Positions 48,259 to 62,365 of a stretch of 64,000 nt of DNA are shown here, piece after piece; the first letter of the stretch is position 1; each line of letters opens with the position of its first letter. The DNA is taken from NCBI GenBank assembly GCA_965153285.1, contig OZ229122.1, one strand, 5' to 3'. A program made the translations under genes and the position numbers. Origin of the DNA: Podarcis tiliguerta (lineage: Eukaryota). The notes beneath the pieces were generated by a model. The model saw only the letters and a program-made list of their open reading frames with translations. It searched no databases and was not told where the DNA came from.

Positions 48259-50155
48259 TATGAATCTTTTGGTTAAAAAACAAAACAAAAACCTTCCCAA
48301 CTAGGGTTCAAACTTTAATGGAAAATATGATTAGGTTTCTGATTAGGTTTCTGTAGTATTTAATTGATTTAAAAAACACTTTGCTATTGATGTCCCCCCA
48401 TTAATCAGGCAGCAGAATTAAAAGTATTATAATAGAAGTAGTGAAAAAATATAGGTTGTAAATGCCATCTTAGAAGAAATGACCCCTTTTTCTTCTCACA
48501 AGAAAAGATGCTGGCTCTTCTAAGATGGTTGCTGTTGTGACATACATATACGCTATTTAAAACACTGTTTTTCTTAACTCTTTTTATGCATATACTTGTT
48601 TCTTCCTATTTAGTTAAACGGCATATGATTAACTTGGCTAGGATTTCTTTGACCAGGTGTGCTCCTCAGGTATGTGAGGGCAAGATTGAAAATAGACAGA
48701 TACTGTATATTCTCAAAAGTTTGAGATTCAGAGATAAAGAATTGCCCTTCTTTTAATTAGTGCTCATATTTCCCTGTACTCATCTCCTCTTCAGACACAC
48801 TGCTCCTTACCAAAGTGCAGAATTTTGCCAAATATAAAACACTAGATTTTATATAAAGTGTGTAAAATAGCAGTTTGAGACCAAACCCCCAATTTATGTA
48901 CTCTTTGGCATACTATTTTGGGGGTGGGGGGATTCCAACTATGGTCAGTGCTGACAGAGTCTTGTACAAGGCCCTCCTTTCTAAACATCCGCCATAAAAA
49001 GTGGAATTGTACAATGAATGTCCTATCATTTTCTGTGGAGTGGGGAGGGAAAAGGCCACGTTTATGCTGGCAGGAGTAAGCTTGCTTTTTCAAACATGTC
49101 TAATACAGGCTTTCTTCTGTCCGTGCTCTGGCTTCCTGCCAGGCCGTAAGCTTATTTCTCAGTCAGAGCAGTAGGAAGAAGGCTGGGCTTCCTCTTTGCT
49201 GCCTTGATGCCATACGGCAATCTGAACATAACCTTCCAATGGCGCCTTTGCTGTGTGGTTTTGCCCTCTGAGGCTTTCCTTCATCAATGAGGTGGGGTGA
49301 ACAGGGCATGTTTGCTCTGATCTCAAGGGCTTACTTCCTAGCATCTTCTGTCAATAGTGTCTTTGAAAAGCTAGATTGAATGATATACTCTGTTAGCCCC
49401 ACTTTTACAGAGTTAGTGTAGCATATAAAGATAGAGCCATGAATTGGTAAGCTCCTGATTTGACTGTTGCTACTTCTGTGAATTAATATTTCTCTGACCC
49501 CTATCTGTAATATAGGGATAATTCTGGCTTACTTTACTGGGTTAATGTAAGGATTACAAGAAAAATTAAAATACACCGATCAAAAACTGTATAAGCTTGA
49601 CTTGGGCTTCCAGTAATGGAATTTTGCATGGTTTTACATTGTTACCTCACTCTTCTTTGAGGTGGTAATGCATGGATGTGGGCTAGCCCCCCTTGTCTTC
49701 ACAACTCTGTGAGGTAACTTAAGCTGCCTGTGTGTAACTGGCCCAAGGTTACCGAGTTAACTTCATGGCTGTGTGGGCATGTGAACTCCTTGGACAATGC
49801 TGACTCAGAACTCTTCCATCTCTAATTTTTCCATTTGAGAGATTGTATAATTCTCTCTTCTTCAGTTCAAGGATTCTTAATGTATGAAAAGAAACATCCT
49901 GCAGCAGCTCCGTTCCATTTGCCCTCCCCCCTTCAAGCTAAGACTGATTCAAGTGTGAAGGGGAAACTTCCACAAGCTAACATTATATCTAGTTTCTCCT
50001 GTTATGCTAGTGCAGTCCTAGCATAAAATGAAAGCATCATGTCCAAAGTGTTGACTATTAAGACATAAAAATGCCATGCGCTCAGATTTTTTCAGTAATT
50101 GAGTTTTATGTGACTTCATGTATACAATACTTCAGCTTTCTAGCTGTTTTGGAAG

Positions 50156-50824
50156 TACCGTATTTTTCGTCCCATAGGACGCACCAGCCCATAGGACACA
50201 CCTAGTTTTTTCGGGGGGGAATAAAGGGGAGGGGAAATTCCTTTATTTCCCCCCCAAAACCAGGTCGGGGAATACAAACCAGGTCGGTGAACAGCAGGAT
50301 GGCGGCGCTGCGCCTCCCCGCTGTCCCCCGAGTTTGTGGGGCTGCTCGATGTCTGCCTGAAGCGCGGGGCACTCTGCTTCAGTTCTCCCCGCACTCCGTG
50401 CAGCAGGCTGCTATCCGCAGCCTAGGGAGCCCTGCGGAAACTCCTGCAGGGCGCCCTAGGCTGCGGATGTCTTCCCGAAGCACGGAGCTGCGCCAAGCCC
50501 TGGAGCGCAGGCAGCTCCGCGCAACCCACCGGAGCCCGGTGCGACTTCGCGGAGGGCTCCGGAGGGTTGCACTGAGCTGCGCCAAGCCCTGGAGCGCAAG
50601 CAGCTCTGTGCAACCCTCCGCAGCCTGGCGTGGCTTTGCGCCGGGCTCCTGAGGGTTGCACAGAGCTTCCTGAAGCCTGGAGAGCGTGAGGGGTCGGTAC
50701 GCACCGACTCCTCTCACTCTCCAGGCTTCAGCGAAAGCCTGTATTCGCCCCATAGGATGCACACACATTTCCCTTTCATTTTTGAAGGGGAAAAAGTGTG
50801 TCCTATAGGGCAAAAAATACAGTA
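50156..50824. mobile_element. Tc2/pogo-like non-autonomous DNA transposon with GC-rich internal repeats
   Basis: TA-flanked TIRs ccgtatttttcgtcccataggacgcac / gtgtgtcctatagggcaaaaaatacag; internal repeat gagctgcgccaagccctggagcgca x2. Confidence 0.8.
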
Positions 50825-52357
50825 CCTTAATTTGGAATAAATGGCTCACCCCAGTTTTGATTTTGAGACAAACAAATGTTCTGCTTTAGGTGTCATTTTA
50901 CTAAGGGGTTTGGGTTACGTACATGCTGTATTGATTACATTTAAATATGCAAACCTCTGAAGGGCGTGTTAGTATAAAAATTATTACTTGTGATGAAAGA
51001 AAACACCTCCTTTAAAACTTCTGTTTTATGTGACCCAGAACTAAAGTAGCTTCTGCAAAAAGTGTGTTTATAATTCCATTGATCAAAATGAGCCTCTGCT
51101 GGTTTGCCAGAGGAGGCTGCAGGCTGGAGTCTGTTCCTGTTGCGATGCAGCTATGTCATAGGATCAAGTAGGCTAGGTTTTTGCGGTTTTGACTAGTTAT
51201 AATACAGTAGTGGGGAGGGGTGTAAAATCGGGCTCTTCATTTCTCACATACATTTACTTCAGAAACAAAACATACCTTGTCACTAGTGAATGCCTCATAA
51301 TATTCTACAGAGCAACAATGCACACTATTGCATAAAAGCACACTTCATTCTCTACATCTCCAGTTTACTAGTAAGAAGAGGAAAGTTCAGAACAGAACCT
51401 GATTTTTCTGCACAGAAGCAGCAAAGTTTCCTAGAGTTCTGGAACAGGCTATTGTCAGTCCACACTAAAAGGAAGTGGGTGCTGGTAATGAATTGCTTGA
51501 ATGTGGTGAATCTGGAAGGCTGACTTATGTACACTCCACTGAGCAGACCTCTTTATTTCTTGAAATGCTGTAGAATAGATGGCAGGAAGTGAGTGGCCTA
51601 GTTGCACAGTTATTTCCTCTTCCCCCTGCTTGGAAGGAAGATACAGCACTCCTTTCTGCAGAACAGCTGCTTTAAAACGGTTTTTGTCTGTTTATTTGTT
51701 GCGACTTTTGCTGGATGAATTAATACTATTGGATGACTACATTTCCGTGTTTCTTTCAGTAGCATCTATTTCTTGTTTCTCTGTTTTGGGAAACTAATAT
51801 ATGTGGTTCCTTTTAGTAGAAGCGATTTATTATCGCCATGGAGGGGGAAAATGCATGACTGGTTTGCCTCTTTGGTGTCTTTTATCATCATTCTTAGACT
51901 CCATGTGGCTGTCCCCATGTCCTTCCCTCTGTTTTGCAGTTATAATTGCACATAGGAAGTCAAATGCTGTGGTGCTCTGTAAGATCAGCACTTTTAGGTC
52001 TTTGCCCTCTTTGGGTGCATGTTCAAAGGATTTGTTGTATAATCCTCAACTGTCTAGTGCTATTTCTCTGATTTGAATATTGCAGCTTTTTTATTTGCAT
52101 CCCTGTTGCTCTTAAAAATGGCACTGTACTGGGGAGATCTTATTACTCTGTTGTGCTGCTGGAGTGCTAATGTTTGATGAATGCTATTGCTTGATGAATG
52201 AAGAAAGTTGTTTGGAAGAAACCATCCCAGAAGTGATCTTCTCTTCAGTTCCGTACTAGCTTTGCTGAGAATCCAGGCTCTTCCTTCCATCAGTTATCAC
52301 TTGGCAGCAACCATTACATCAGACTGTAGTAGAGAAGGTGCAGAGCCACTCTATCAG

Positions 52358-52562
52358 TACAGTGGACCCTCTGGTTACATTACCTTCAGGTAAAGTAACT
52401 TTCAGGTTGCGAATGTGGCAAACTTCCAGGTTTCGCCATATGTGCAGAAGCGCTATATCGCACCGTGCACATGCGCAGAAGTGGCACCTCTAGCTGCGGA
52501 CTTTTCAGGGTACGAATGGACCCCTGGAATGAATTAAGTTCATATCCGGAGGGTCCACTGTA
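52358..52562. mobile_element. Tc1/mariner-type MITE (CAGTGGACCCTC variant)
   Basis: TA-flanked TIRs cagtggaccctc / gagggtccactg. Confidence 0.8.
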
Positions 52563-54025
52563 CAGCTAAGAGACCAGCAGCTTTTGGCTTATGTTCTTGA
52601 ACTCTTCAGTCCTAGCAGGTCATTATAGGAACTTGTAACTAAGAACTTGAACATGGATTTGCCCCCCCTCCCTTCCAATCCATTTTATTTTTGTGTCAAT
52701 TTTTATTATTCTTTACTTTAGATTGTAAGCCTGAGGATAGGCACTTTCTGTAGTAAACTGTAAGATGCTCTGGGAGCTTTTTTGACTAAAGAGTAGGATG
52801 AAAATTCTTTAAATATATAAAATTGTCTTCCTCTTGGAATGGTATTTTGGGAGTATCATCTCATCTCGAACCTTTCCTTTAGGTGAAGGTTGAGCCTGGA
52901 TTAGTCACAAACAGCATGTATGACTTGAAATTGATTCTCACTAGAAATCAATATGGGAATTGTTCAGTTGCTGGTGGTGAATAAAGAATACTTTCATTTC
53001 TAACTCAGGAAGGAAATGAATGATTCCCAAACTGAATCAGAATCTATGATTAAATTGTATGGAACTTGCAGGATGTTAAGGTTATCAAAGTCTGGCTCCT
53101 GAGCTGTATACGGGTCTTTCTGGAAAACTATGGCATTTTAACACACACGTTTAGTTAAGAGTGACTATTTGAAATCTCTCCATTCATGAATCTGTGCTCC
53201 AAGTTAATCTGCTGTATTATTTATTGGATTTATATTCTACCCCCCTTCCAAATCAACCTCGTAGCCTGCTTTTTCAGTTCTTGAAAGCTTTTTCTCAGAA
53301 ATGGCAAGCCTTCATACAAATGTCACATTTTGCAATGCATGATGCTAATGATTTGCTTTCAGTAGAGTAGGAAGATTTTAAATAGCTGTCACTTACCTAT
53401 TGTGTCTGCTTCTAGGTAACTGTAAAAAACTTGTCATATTTTCCAGTTTTGTTTTCCGTTTTAAATACAGATCTTCCAGTATACAACCCAATGTCATATC
53501 TGCACCTCCAAAGTATTATAGGATGTGTGGTGTCAAGCATTTGGTCAGCAATCAGCATTCTTCCCACCTGTTACTTTGTTTTCTTTCAACCCCTGCTTTG
53601 GAGCCTGCCTTCAAGAACTTAGGACAATGGATGATATTATTATTTATTTGACTTATTAGTTGCTTTTTTGCAACTTACAAAGGAGTTGCTGATTGCACAG
53701 TATTATATGAACTAAGACTGATCACAAGCACCTGCAGTAAAGATAAAGGTGGAAATGGAAGAACTTTCATATTTAATTTTTTATCTAAAAGCTTTCTAAA
53801 GTTTCATGTGGAAATACATTTTAGTAATGAGGGTTGAAGTGCATCACATTTTTAGAAAATGAAAAGGCCTTGAACTTTTTGCATTGTTGTTAAGCCCCTC
53901 TACCTAACTTAACATATTTTCCCCAAATTTTGCGCACACTCAGATTAATTTTCTCCATTAAAGAGTTCCTCCTCAGTGTTCTGAAATGTGTGCAAGCCAG
54001 TTTGTGACTTAGGGAATTAATACAG

Positions 54026-54255
54026 TACAGTGGTACCTCGGGTTAAGTACTTAATTCGTTCCGGAGGTCCGTTTTTAACCTGAAACTGTTCTTAACCTGA
54101 AGCACTACTTTAGCTAATGGGGCCTCCTGCTGCCGCCGCGCCGCTGGAGCACAATTTCTGTTCTCATCCTGAAGCAAAGTTTTTAACCTGAAGCACTATT
54201 TCTAGGTTAGCGGAGTGTGTAATCTGAAGCGTATGTAACCCGATGTACCACTGTA
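54026..54255. mobile_element. Tc1/mariner-type MITE
   Basis: Same family as 31889-32115. Confidence 0.88.
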
Positions 54256-55069
54256 CTGGGAATTTTCTCTTTACTACCTTTTGATACATTATAAAAGTGT
54301 GTCAGTTTCATCTCTTTATCTTGTGGGGAGGGGGAAAATGTAGGTATACTTTCATAACTAGCTTATTCAATAGAAAGTGAGCAATACAAATTCTCCCCCC
54401 CCCCGCCGCCCCTTGCTATGAGGTAGCAAGAAGTAGAATCTACAAAGGCTGAAGGTGGACATTTGCTAAGTGATATCAGATGATAGGGGAGGGTTTTGGG
54501 GTTTTTTAGGAATGGCATAAGTATGGAAGTGAAGGCCACATTTGGTTGGTAGAACTAAGAGGTAGGAGCCACAAAAATGGCTTATGTTATTGAAGACCAC
54601 GTCACTTGCTAATTAAAACATTTAAAATAACTGCAGTGCATTTACTGCAGTTCTTGTGTCTTGAGTTCTGGTGCAGATGAGATTTGCTTCTGCCTTATTC
54701 TAAGCATTTGTATTCATGCTAGCTATTCAAGAGTTTCATGGCCACTCTTATTCATATTATGAAGGAGAATCCAAACTTTTCCTCCTTTACATTTGGACTC
54801 ATTTTCTGTCTCTTGCTTAGTAATTATGGTAGCAATATACATTTTCCACAGAGCAGTTTTCAACAACTGGTTCTGCCAAAATAACTTGCTGCTGTTCACT
54901 TGGGCCTCTTACTGAAAGTGGCTGGTTTTGGGTTTCCCCCCAAATATTTAGTCTTCTGGCCCTGATTCCAAAAATTCATTGCTAATGCCAGTACTTAAGT
55001 ATCTTTTGAGAAACTGAAATCTATGTGGACATGCTGCATTTAGTAAGAAAGTATCTTTGCTCTAGTCTA

Positions 55070-55382
55070 GGTAGGCAAACTTAGGCCCGGGGGCCGGATC
55101 CAGCCCAATTGCCTTCTCAATCCAGCCCGCGGACGGTCTGGGAATCAGTGTGTTTTTACATGAGTAGAATGTGTCCTTTTATTTAAAATGCATCTCTGGG
55201 TTATTTGTGGGGCCTGCCTGGTGTTTTTACATGAGTAGAATGTGTGCTTTTGTTTAAAATGCATCTTGGGGTTATTTGTGGGGCATAGGAATTCGCCCCC
55301 CCCTTCAAAATATAGTCTGGCCCCCCACAAGGTCTGAGGGACAGTGGACCAGCTCCCTGCTGAAAAAGTAGGCTGACCCCTG
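55070..55382. mobile_element. hAT-Charlie-like MITE with internal ~70-bp tandem duplication
   Basis: Ends gtaggcaaac...ggctgacccctg; duplicated tgtttttacatgagtagaatgtgt...gggttatttgtggggc. Confidence 0.6.
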
Positions 55383-55954
55383 CTCTAGCTGTTAGGTCAA
55401 CCACTGACAATGTTCCTACTGTAAGGATGAATTTCCACAGTGACTGTTCACTGTTAAATCCATTACGCTGCCACGTGGGTTGAAGTATTGATTCCAAACA
55501 ACCCTGCAATATGTGAAACATTTAGCAATCAGAATAATTTTTTAAATTATGAGCTAGTATCAGACCCTTACCCTTATTGTTTCCTTCAGTAGTTTATGAG
55601 CCTATGCCAACTTGATATGTACAGGAAACAATTAAATGCTGGTGAAACTGGGTGTTTTTGATGCAGAAGTTATTTAGAGAATAGAAAACTCAGTTTAAAC
55701 ATGAATGTTTTAATTCCTGATTCTGATAAGCCAAGTCTGTGGTTGTGAGATTTTCCCTTGCATTACACTGCAAATACTCTTGAACTGCAATTATTGGCAG
55801 CGATACTAGGATTTCAAGTACCAACTCCCAGAACTGAATTGTACATCTCTTTAGAATGCTAACAGATCTCTTTGGGGAGTTTGTGTGTTTGCCTGTTTGT
55901 TTGTTTTTTTAAAAAAATTCTTCTGCACCAAAACACGTGGCCACTACTGGGAAC

Positions 55955-56952
55955 CAGTGGCGTAGCGTGGGTTGTCAGCACCCGGGGCAAGGAAAGTAAT
56001 TTGCGCCCCCTAACTCGTGGATTCGCGCCCCCTAACCCTAACCCCCAGATGTTGCGCCCGATGCGGCGGGCACCCCCTGCACCCCCCACGCTACGCCACT
56101 GACTGCTGCCCAGATGACAGCCCCCCTCTCGGCCTCACTGATGAAGGTGTTCCAGGTGCCATCCAACCATGTTGGGGACTCCACTCGGTATTTGTGTAGT
56201 GTTTACTCCTGAGCCTTTTCTTCTCTCATAGAATCGCAGAGCTGGAAGGGACCCAAGGGTCATCTAGCCCAACCCCCTCAATGCAGGAATCTCAGCTAAA
56301 GCATTCATGACAGGTGGCCAACCGACCTGTTTAAAAACCTCCAAGGAAGGAAACTCCACCACTGGGAGATCTCTCCCAAGGCAGCAGATGTTTAGGATAA
56401 GAGTTTTCTTTCTCCTAGGTGGGCTGCCTTTCCAGGTGGACAAGCTCTTCTGCCCAACCAGAGGCTACTCAGGAGCAAACCACATGGAAGTTAGGGTCAA
56501 TGTGGGGGGTCGGTGCCCCCTGGGACTGGTATGGCAGGAGGGAGACAAGCGGTAGGGGGGCGCCAGAGCCAAAGAGACTCCGCAGAACCAACTCAAACTA
56601 GTTTTGCCCTTCTCCGCTGAGTTCTCCGAGGGGGAAGGAAGACGCGGGCCGGCAGGCTGTAGCCGGCCGCCGGCGCCTGTCGAACCGGAGCCCCGATCGG
56701 TCCCGAGCATCGCGCCTCCTCCTGGACGGGCCCGCTCTCCTCCCGGCTTTGCTGCTCCACCTCCTCCTCCCTGCTGCTGCTGCGCGGCTCTTTTCCCTCC
56801 CGCTTCCTCGAGGGGGGCCGGCCAAACGGAGACGACGATCCCTCACCCCAACCAAGCCTCGATTGCTTGTCCCTTCCCTCTGGACTTGCGCCCCCCCAAA
56901 TGTTGCGCCCGGTGCGGCTCGCACCCCTGGCACCCCCCACGCTACGCCACTG
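55955..56952. mobile_element. Composite hAT element: one left TIR, two right ends (56101 and 56952), enclosing extra DNA
   Basis: 8-bp TSD ctgggaac at 55947-55954 and 56953-56960; the inner right end is not followed by the TSD. Confidence 0.8.
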
Positions 56953-57343
56953 CTGGGAACCCCCTTCTGGAACACAAGCACTGGAAGTGGTTGCCATGAC
57001 AAGCTAAGAAATTTGGCTCTTCATAGCAGCAACATAAAGCTCACTGCACAACCATAAATGTTCCAGTGTGTCTGTCTATAGTCTGTATCTTTGGTAAGTT
57101 TCTTAAAAAAACAGGTTTGAATGAACATCTGGTAGCTGCCTTCCATAGACTCTTTTCTCATTGACAAGCAAATACTGACAGTTAAAATGTCCTGATGAAA
57201 CCTATATTTCCTCTCTTATTTGTCCCTTTTACTCTGTTATTGCTGGCTTCTGCTGTATCTTGCTACCCAACAAACAATGAATGGTAGCTAGACTGCAGCA
57301 GCCACCCTTCCACCTACCCCACAAATAATATTTAATTTAAAAG

Positions 57344-57565
57344 TACAGTGGTACCTCAGGTTACATACGCTTCAGGTTACACACTCCGCTAACCCAGAAA
57401 TAGTGCTTTAGGATAAGAACTTTGCTTCAGGATAAGAACAGAAATCGTGCTCCGGCGGCGCAGCAGCAGCAGGAGGCCCCATTAGATAAAGTGGTGCTTC
57501 AGGTTAAGAACAGTTTCAGGTTAAGAACAGACCTCCGGAACGAATTAAATACTTAACCTGAGGTA
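57344..57565. mobile_element. Tc1/mariner-type MITE, right TIR truncated
   Basis: Same family as 21231-21446. Confidence 0.82.
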
Positions 57566-58087
57566 GAAAAATGCATATTGAGGATAACCAGATAAATATA
57601 GAAAATTAAAATACACTTTAACCATATCCACCACTTAGACTTGTTAATTATAAATCCACTGTGTATGCTCAGGACTTCTCTCAACCTAGAAATACATGTG
57701 CACCAAGGTTAGAATATGTTGATATATAGACTAGCTGTGGCCATAAGCTTTAATATAAGAGACTGCACCACCCAAAATGTATATCCCTGCCAGCTCCAAG
57801 GAAGTGCTACTTGGATTAACTACTGCCAATTAGACAGGGACTAAAAGGTTACCTTAATTTTATCTAACTGAAATATAAACCAAATATAACCTAAAATATA
57901 AACGTCTAGAAGATGGCTGTGTGTGCCAGCTTTGATTGTTTCTTGCAGAGTTGATGTTTGTGGTGCAGTACACTATTCAACGTCAGTATCATACCACCTG
58001 GCCCAGTCAAGACACATGTTCAGATTTAGGCTTGGAATTGGTTCAAGAGGAGCAATTTCTCAAGCCTCCCACTTAGAATCTTAATAC

Positions 58088-58354
58088 TACAGTGGTGCTC
58101 GCAAGACGAAATTAATTCGTTCTGCGAGTTTTTTCGTCTTGTGAATTTTTTCGTCTTGCGAAGCACCAATGTGTATTGACGGTTTCCCATAGGAATGCAT
58201 TGGCAGTTTTTTAAAAAAGGCGCAAGACGTTTTTGTCTTGCGAAGCAAGCCCATAGGGAAATCCGTCTTGCGAAGCAACTCAGAAAACGAAAAACTATTT
58301 CGTCTTGCGAGTTTTTCGTCTTCTGAGGCATTCGTCTTGCGAGGTACCACTGTA
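58088..58354. mobile_element. Tc1/mariner-type MITE with repeated ttcgtcttgcga motifs
   Basis: TA-cagtggtgctcgcaagacgaa / ttcgtcttgcgaggtaccactg-TA. Confidence 0.82.
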
Positions 58355-60804
58355 CACTTACTACAGACCCTGCATGTTTCTCTAACTGCTGGCAAATTTT
58401 TTTTTAAAAAAAAATCAGATGTCTTGCTTCCACCTTCCCCTCTGTCACATCTGAAGCAGGATGTGAATGCAAGAGCACTCTCTCTACTTGCATTCCTCAG
58501 CAACTAGCACTCCCATATGCCACCTCCAATCCTAATGGTAGTATACAGCATTACAACATAGAAGAGTTCTGCTGCAGATTCACGAAAAGGGAGAGCTAGA
58601 CATCTGGCTGTTTTTGGCAGCAGATGCAGGTTTAACTTCAAATTTGGCCCTAAGCTAATTGGAGCAGAGAAGTGACAAGGATTCAAAATGGCAGCCTTCT
58701 GTCCACATGATGATCCTGCTCTTCAGGGATTTCAGCTTGGGTTCCTAGCAATCTTGTTACACTGTATTACAAGATTGCCTTGAAAGGGATTCAGAATTGC
58801 AAAATCACTTAGCATTTTTATGCTCTCATTAACCGAAAAGGAAATGTGAAAACCATATCTAACTCTAATCCACATACTGTATTGAGATGCTATCTTAATT
58901 TCATTCATTGGCAATTATTCTTTGAAATACTATTTCTGTTCCATATTACATATTGGGGCACTGAGTGAGAGTGGTTTGCTACAAGGCTGTAGCTGAAGAA
59001 CTAAAACCTAAATCTTCAAGGTCTAATGCTCTTATGTGGGCTCAAGCTAGCTATCCCTCCTGTTCTGTGACGATACTGTGTGTGTACGCAGAATATCTCG
59101 CTGCTCTAAGCGGGTTAACCTGAATTGGGATTAAGGGGAATTTTGGGGGTTTATATTTTAGGGCAAACATAGGAACTGCATAATTCTTGCTCATGCATTA
59201 GCCTTGTCAGGTTTGCAGGCTAGGAGATGGTCTTCAAGCAGGCAAGCTGCTTTCTGTTTCACCAGTACTCAAAATCATAGTGCATTGTCAGACAGCCCTT
59301 AAATTAAGGCACATTTTCCACTTTTTTTTTAAAGGGTGGTTTTCTGTTCCCCTTCCTATTTTCTCCCTTCAGGATTAGACCTCTCCGTAGATCTTATTGA
59401 ATAGCATTTAGCTGCCACAGTTTCACTTCATTTCTCTCTTCCTCCTTTACTTTTTAATATGTGGGCTGTAATACCCTTAGCTAAGTGGTCCCTTCTGTGT
59501 CATGTCACCCAGTGCAATCTACCGCTGATGTCCTTAAATTGCACAAGAGGGGGCCATTCCCCTCTCCTTCCCAGAAATAACAGCATGGCGTGGAATTGTA
59601 TACTTTGTACACCACAACTTGTGGGGAGGGGAGTGCTGGTACTGAGCATGCAGTTGCTTGCTGCTTGCTTATTTTGTAAGCACAGTTAAACATATACTCA
59701 TTCTTAATTGGTCTTTCTGAGTAGTCTGTTCTATTTTTAACCCTGAATTTCCTGCCTTTCTGCTACATTGTGCTCACAGGTTATTTTTCATCCTTGCTGT
59801 GGCTAGTGGCTTATCTTTGTGTGGTATCGGTGGATAATACTGTGATGTTCTGCAGCTTTGCAAAGGTGTGATATAGAGGTCTGCATGTGCATAAACTTGA
59901 ATGTAATAAAATCCAGTGGGTGCTTTGAAATCAGAAAGGGCAGGGGGCTCTCTGCTCCTGGAGTATTTAACTTCTACTGGGTTCATCCAGAGTGTTAAAA
60001 GTGGAGGTTATCCAATGAGCGGAGGCTAATTCTCATCACAAGAATATAGTGGAACTTTATATGCCAAGAAAGCAAAACTGGCAGTGCTCATGAAGGGGAT
60101 GGGGAAAGTGATTGGCTGTTTCATCGGTGTGGCCCAAGGACAGATGAGATTCACAGAGCCAAACAGTTCTATGTAGACTGCATTTTAAAAGGCCTCTGAA
60201 TTTTGCATCAAGGTAACCCAAATGTTGTGGTGCAAAAGAATTGTGAATATTTGTAGATCCTTGCTTGTTTTATTTTGCTAGCTGTAAAGAAGGGTGCTAA
60301 AACCTCCGCTCCTTAGCAACTGGAATCGTGTTCATGTGATCATAAATTCACCAATCACTGGCTGCATTTTCAAACTTTACACATAAGGGCTAGAAATTTG
60401 CTTTCAAAGAAAATGAGCCCTGAGCTAAAGATTCTGCACCAAATAACTTTGCATTTCTGCAGGCATGTTCTTCTAAGTGGTTTTGATTGGCCACAATGCC
60501 CTCTAGGTTGGAGAACCTTTATTTTTGTGCAATGAAGGCACAAAAATTGTCCAACTATGTAGATGTAGGCCAAATAACAACCATTAATTTCCCCAAATTA
60601 TTGCAGTTGCAAGATCTCGCTATTCTTTTTTTTTTTTTTTTCTTTTTCGGTTGTGTGCTCATTTAAGTCAAGGTTGTGGGGCATTAAGTATGCGGAAACA
60701 ACCACTGTATACCCACATGTAACATCCTTCTACTTTCTGAATTTTTAGCAGACTGATGCTGACTTTGCAATCATGGCTAAATGTTCTGCATAAGACAGCT
60801 AGGT

Positions 60805-61530
60805 TCCCCAGAAGAAAACAACAATTAGAAGTCAAACCAGAAATAATTTTATTAAATATATTTCAAGATAACAATCTGGATTTACATAATAATAAAGAAT
60901 TAACATGCCAGTTACTACAAGCAGTGAGACACAACATAACCAGACACTGGAAACACCTTTCTGGCACAATGATAGACAGTTGATACAAAGCAGTTTGGGA
61001 AACAGCCCTCCTTGAAAGATTAACAAATAAACTACGGTTGACTTGTGGGCAGATCAAGAAAAATGGCTTTACACTGTAATTTCTTAACATACCCCAGTAT
61101 TCCAGAAAATAAACAACCCATCAGCATTTGGCTTAGTCTGGTTTATCTAAATTTTAACTTAAACATAAATTATTACCTTCTGTTTGAACCCCCTTCCCAC
61201 ATTCATCAAAATACCAATGCTTTATATTGTTTCATTGGTAACATAAGAGGAAAAACACAACCACAAGGGCTCCTGATGAGGTGTTTAGTTGTGCAATGTT
61301 GAATGTTATCTGTTAACTCTGTTGTATCCTGTTCCCCTTTTGATTTTGTTTAATCAGTTCATGAACCAAGAACCTATATATTGACCACTAATAATGAACC
61401 ATACATTGTAGATATTACTGCAAATTTATTGTGCCATTTTTGTGATATACAGATAACATGAGAAGACTTGGTCTATTCATTTGTATTATTTATCATTCCT
61501 ATGATCCTTTTAAATAAAATCCAATAAAAA
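60805..61530 (+). mobile_element. L1/Tx1-type LINE 3' fragment
   Basis: Translation PEIILLNIF...QLLQAVRHNITRHWK resembles non-mammalian L1 ORF2 C-termini; AT-rich tail ending aataaaatccaataaaaa. Confidence 0.5.
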
Positions 61531-62365
61531 GTTGTTCCAGAAGGGAAATGCTATGAAAGCGAAATTTATGGATTAAAGTTTGAAATGTATCCCTTATTTG
61601 CCAAGCACCTTAGATATATGTGAAACAGGTCCCCTGTTGAGCTCTCTGATTTGTTGGCTCTTCTGGAGGAAGAATCACATGATAGTTTTATGCTCATGGA
61701 AGCTAAATTCATGATACTGTACTAGGTTAGCCTTATGCACATCTTCAGTGGTTTTGCACATAGAGTCCCCTCTGAATTAATGGACCAATGCTTAACTTAG
61801 CTACCAAACAGCAGGGATTAGGGAAGCATTGCAGGTTGTTTGACAGATTTTGACTGGCCTGATTTGTCTCAGTCGCCCCCAGCTGCTTTTACACTTGCCT
61901 CTTAAGGTAGGCAATGGATAATTGCATCTAAATTTGGATATATTTAAATGAGCTAAATTGTGGGGAGAGGCAGAAGTACAAAACTTGCCAACTAAGGGTA
62001 TAGTTTTCACAAGGTATCTGTGCAGGAATACAATTTATCTGCTCTTACTTCCTTCCCTACTCCCTGGATTTTGGTACACTGTAGCTGAGCCAATTCAGTG
62101 ATGTCACAGACGCTACGTCAAAATTTTCCTTTAGGTTTTTGCATTATTCCTATCAATCTTCCACAATCTTAGGTGGACAGAGGTACCTTGAACAGCTGAG
62201 TAAAATCCACAATTGGTCTGTTTAGGAGCAAGATCATAGTGGCACAAACTGGAGGGCAGCTGATATGTATAGAGACTGTGCTGGTGTTGGTTTCATCTAA
62301 TCTGGCCAAACCAGATTAAGAATGATTCCTTTTTAACACAGCCTATTTTTTTTTCCTCTTTGCAG

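Noticed and set aside
56030-56046. Telomere-like ccctaaccctaaccc
   Set aside because: Only about 2.5 units inside a MITE; too short to call interstitial telomeric sequence.
58088-58354. Regularly recurring ttcgtcttgcga motifs, superficially CRISPR-like
   Set aside because: Eukaryotic context, irregular spacing and enclosure by TA-flanked TIRs identify these as subterminal repeats of a MITE.
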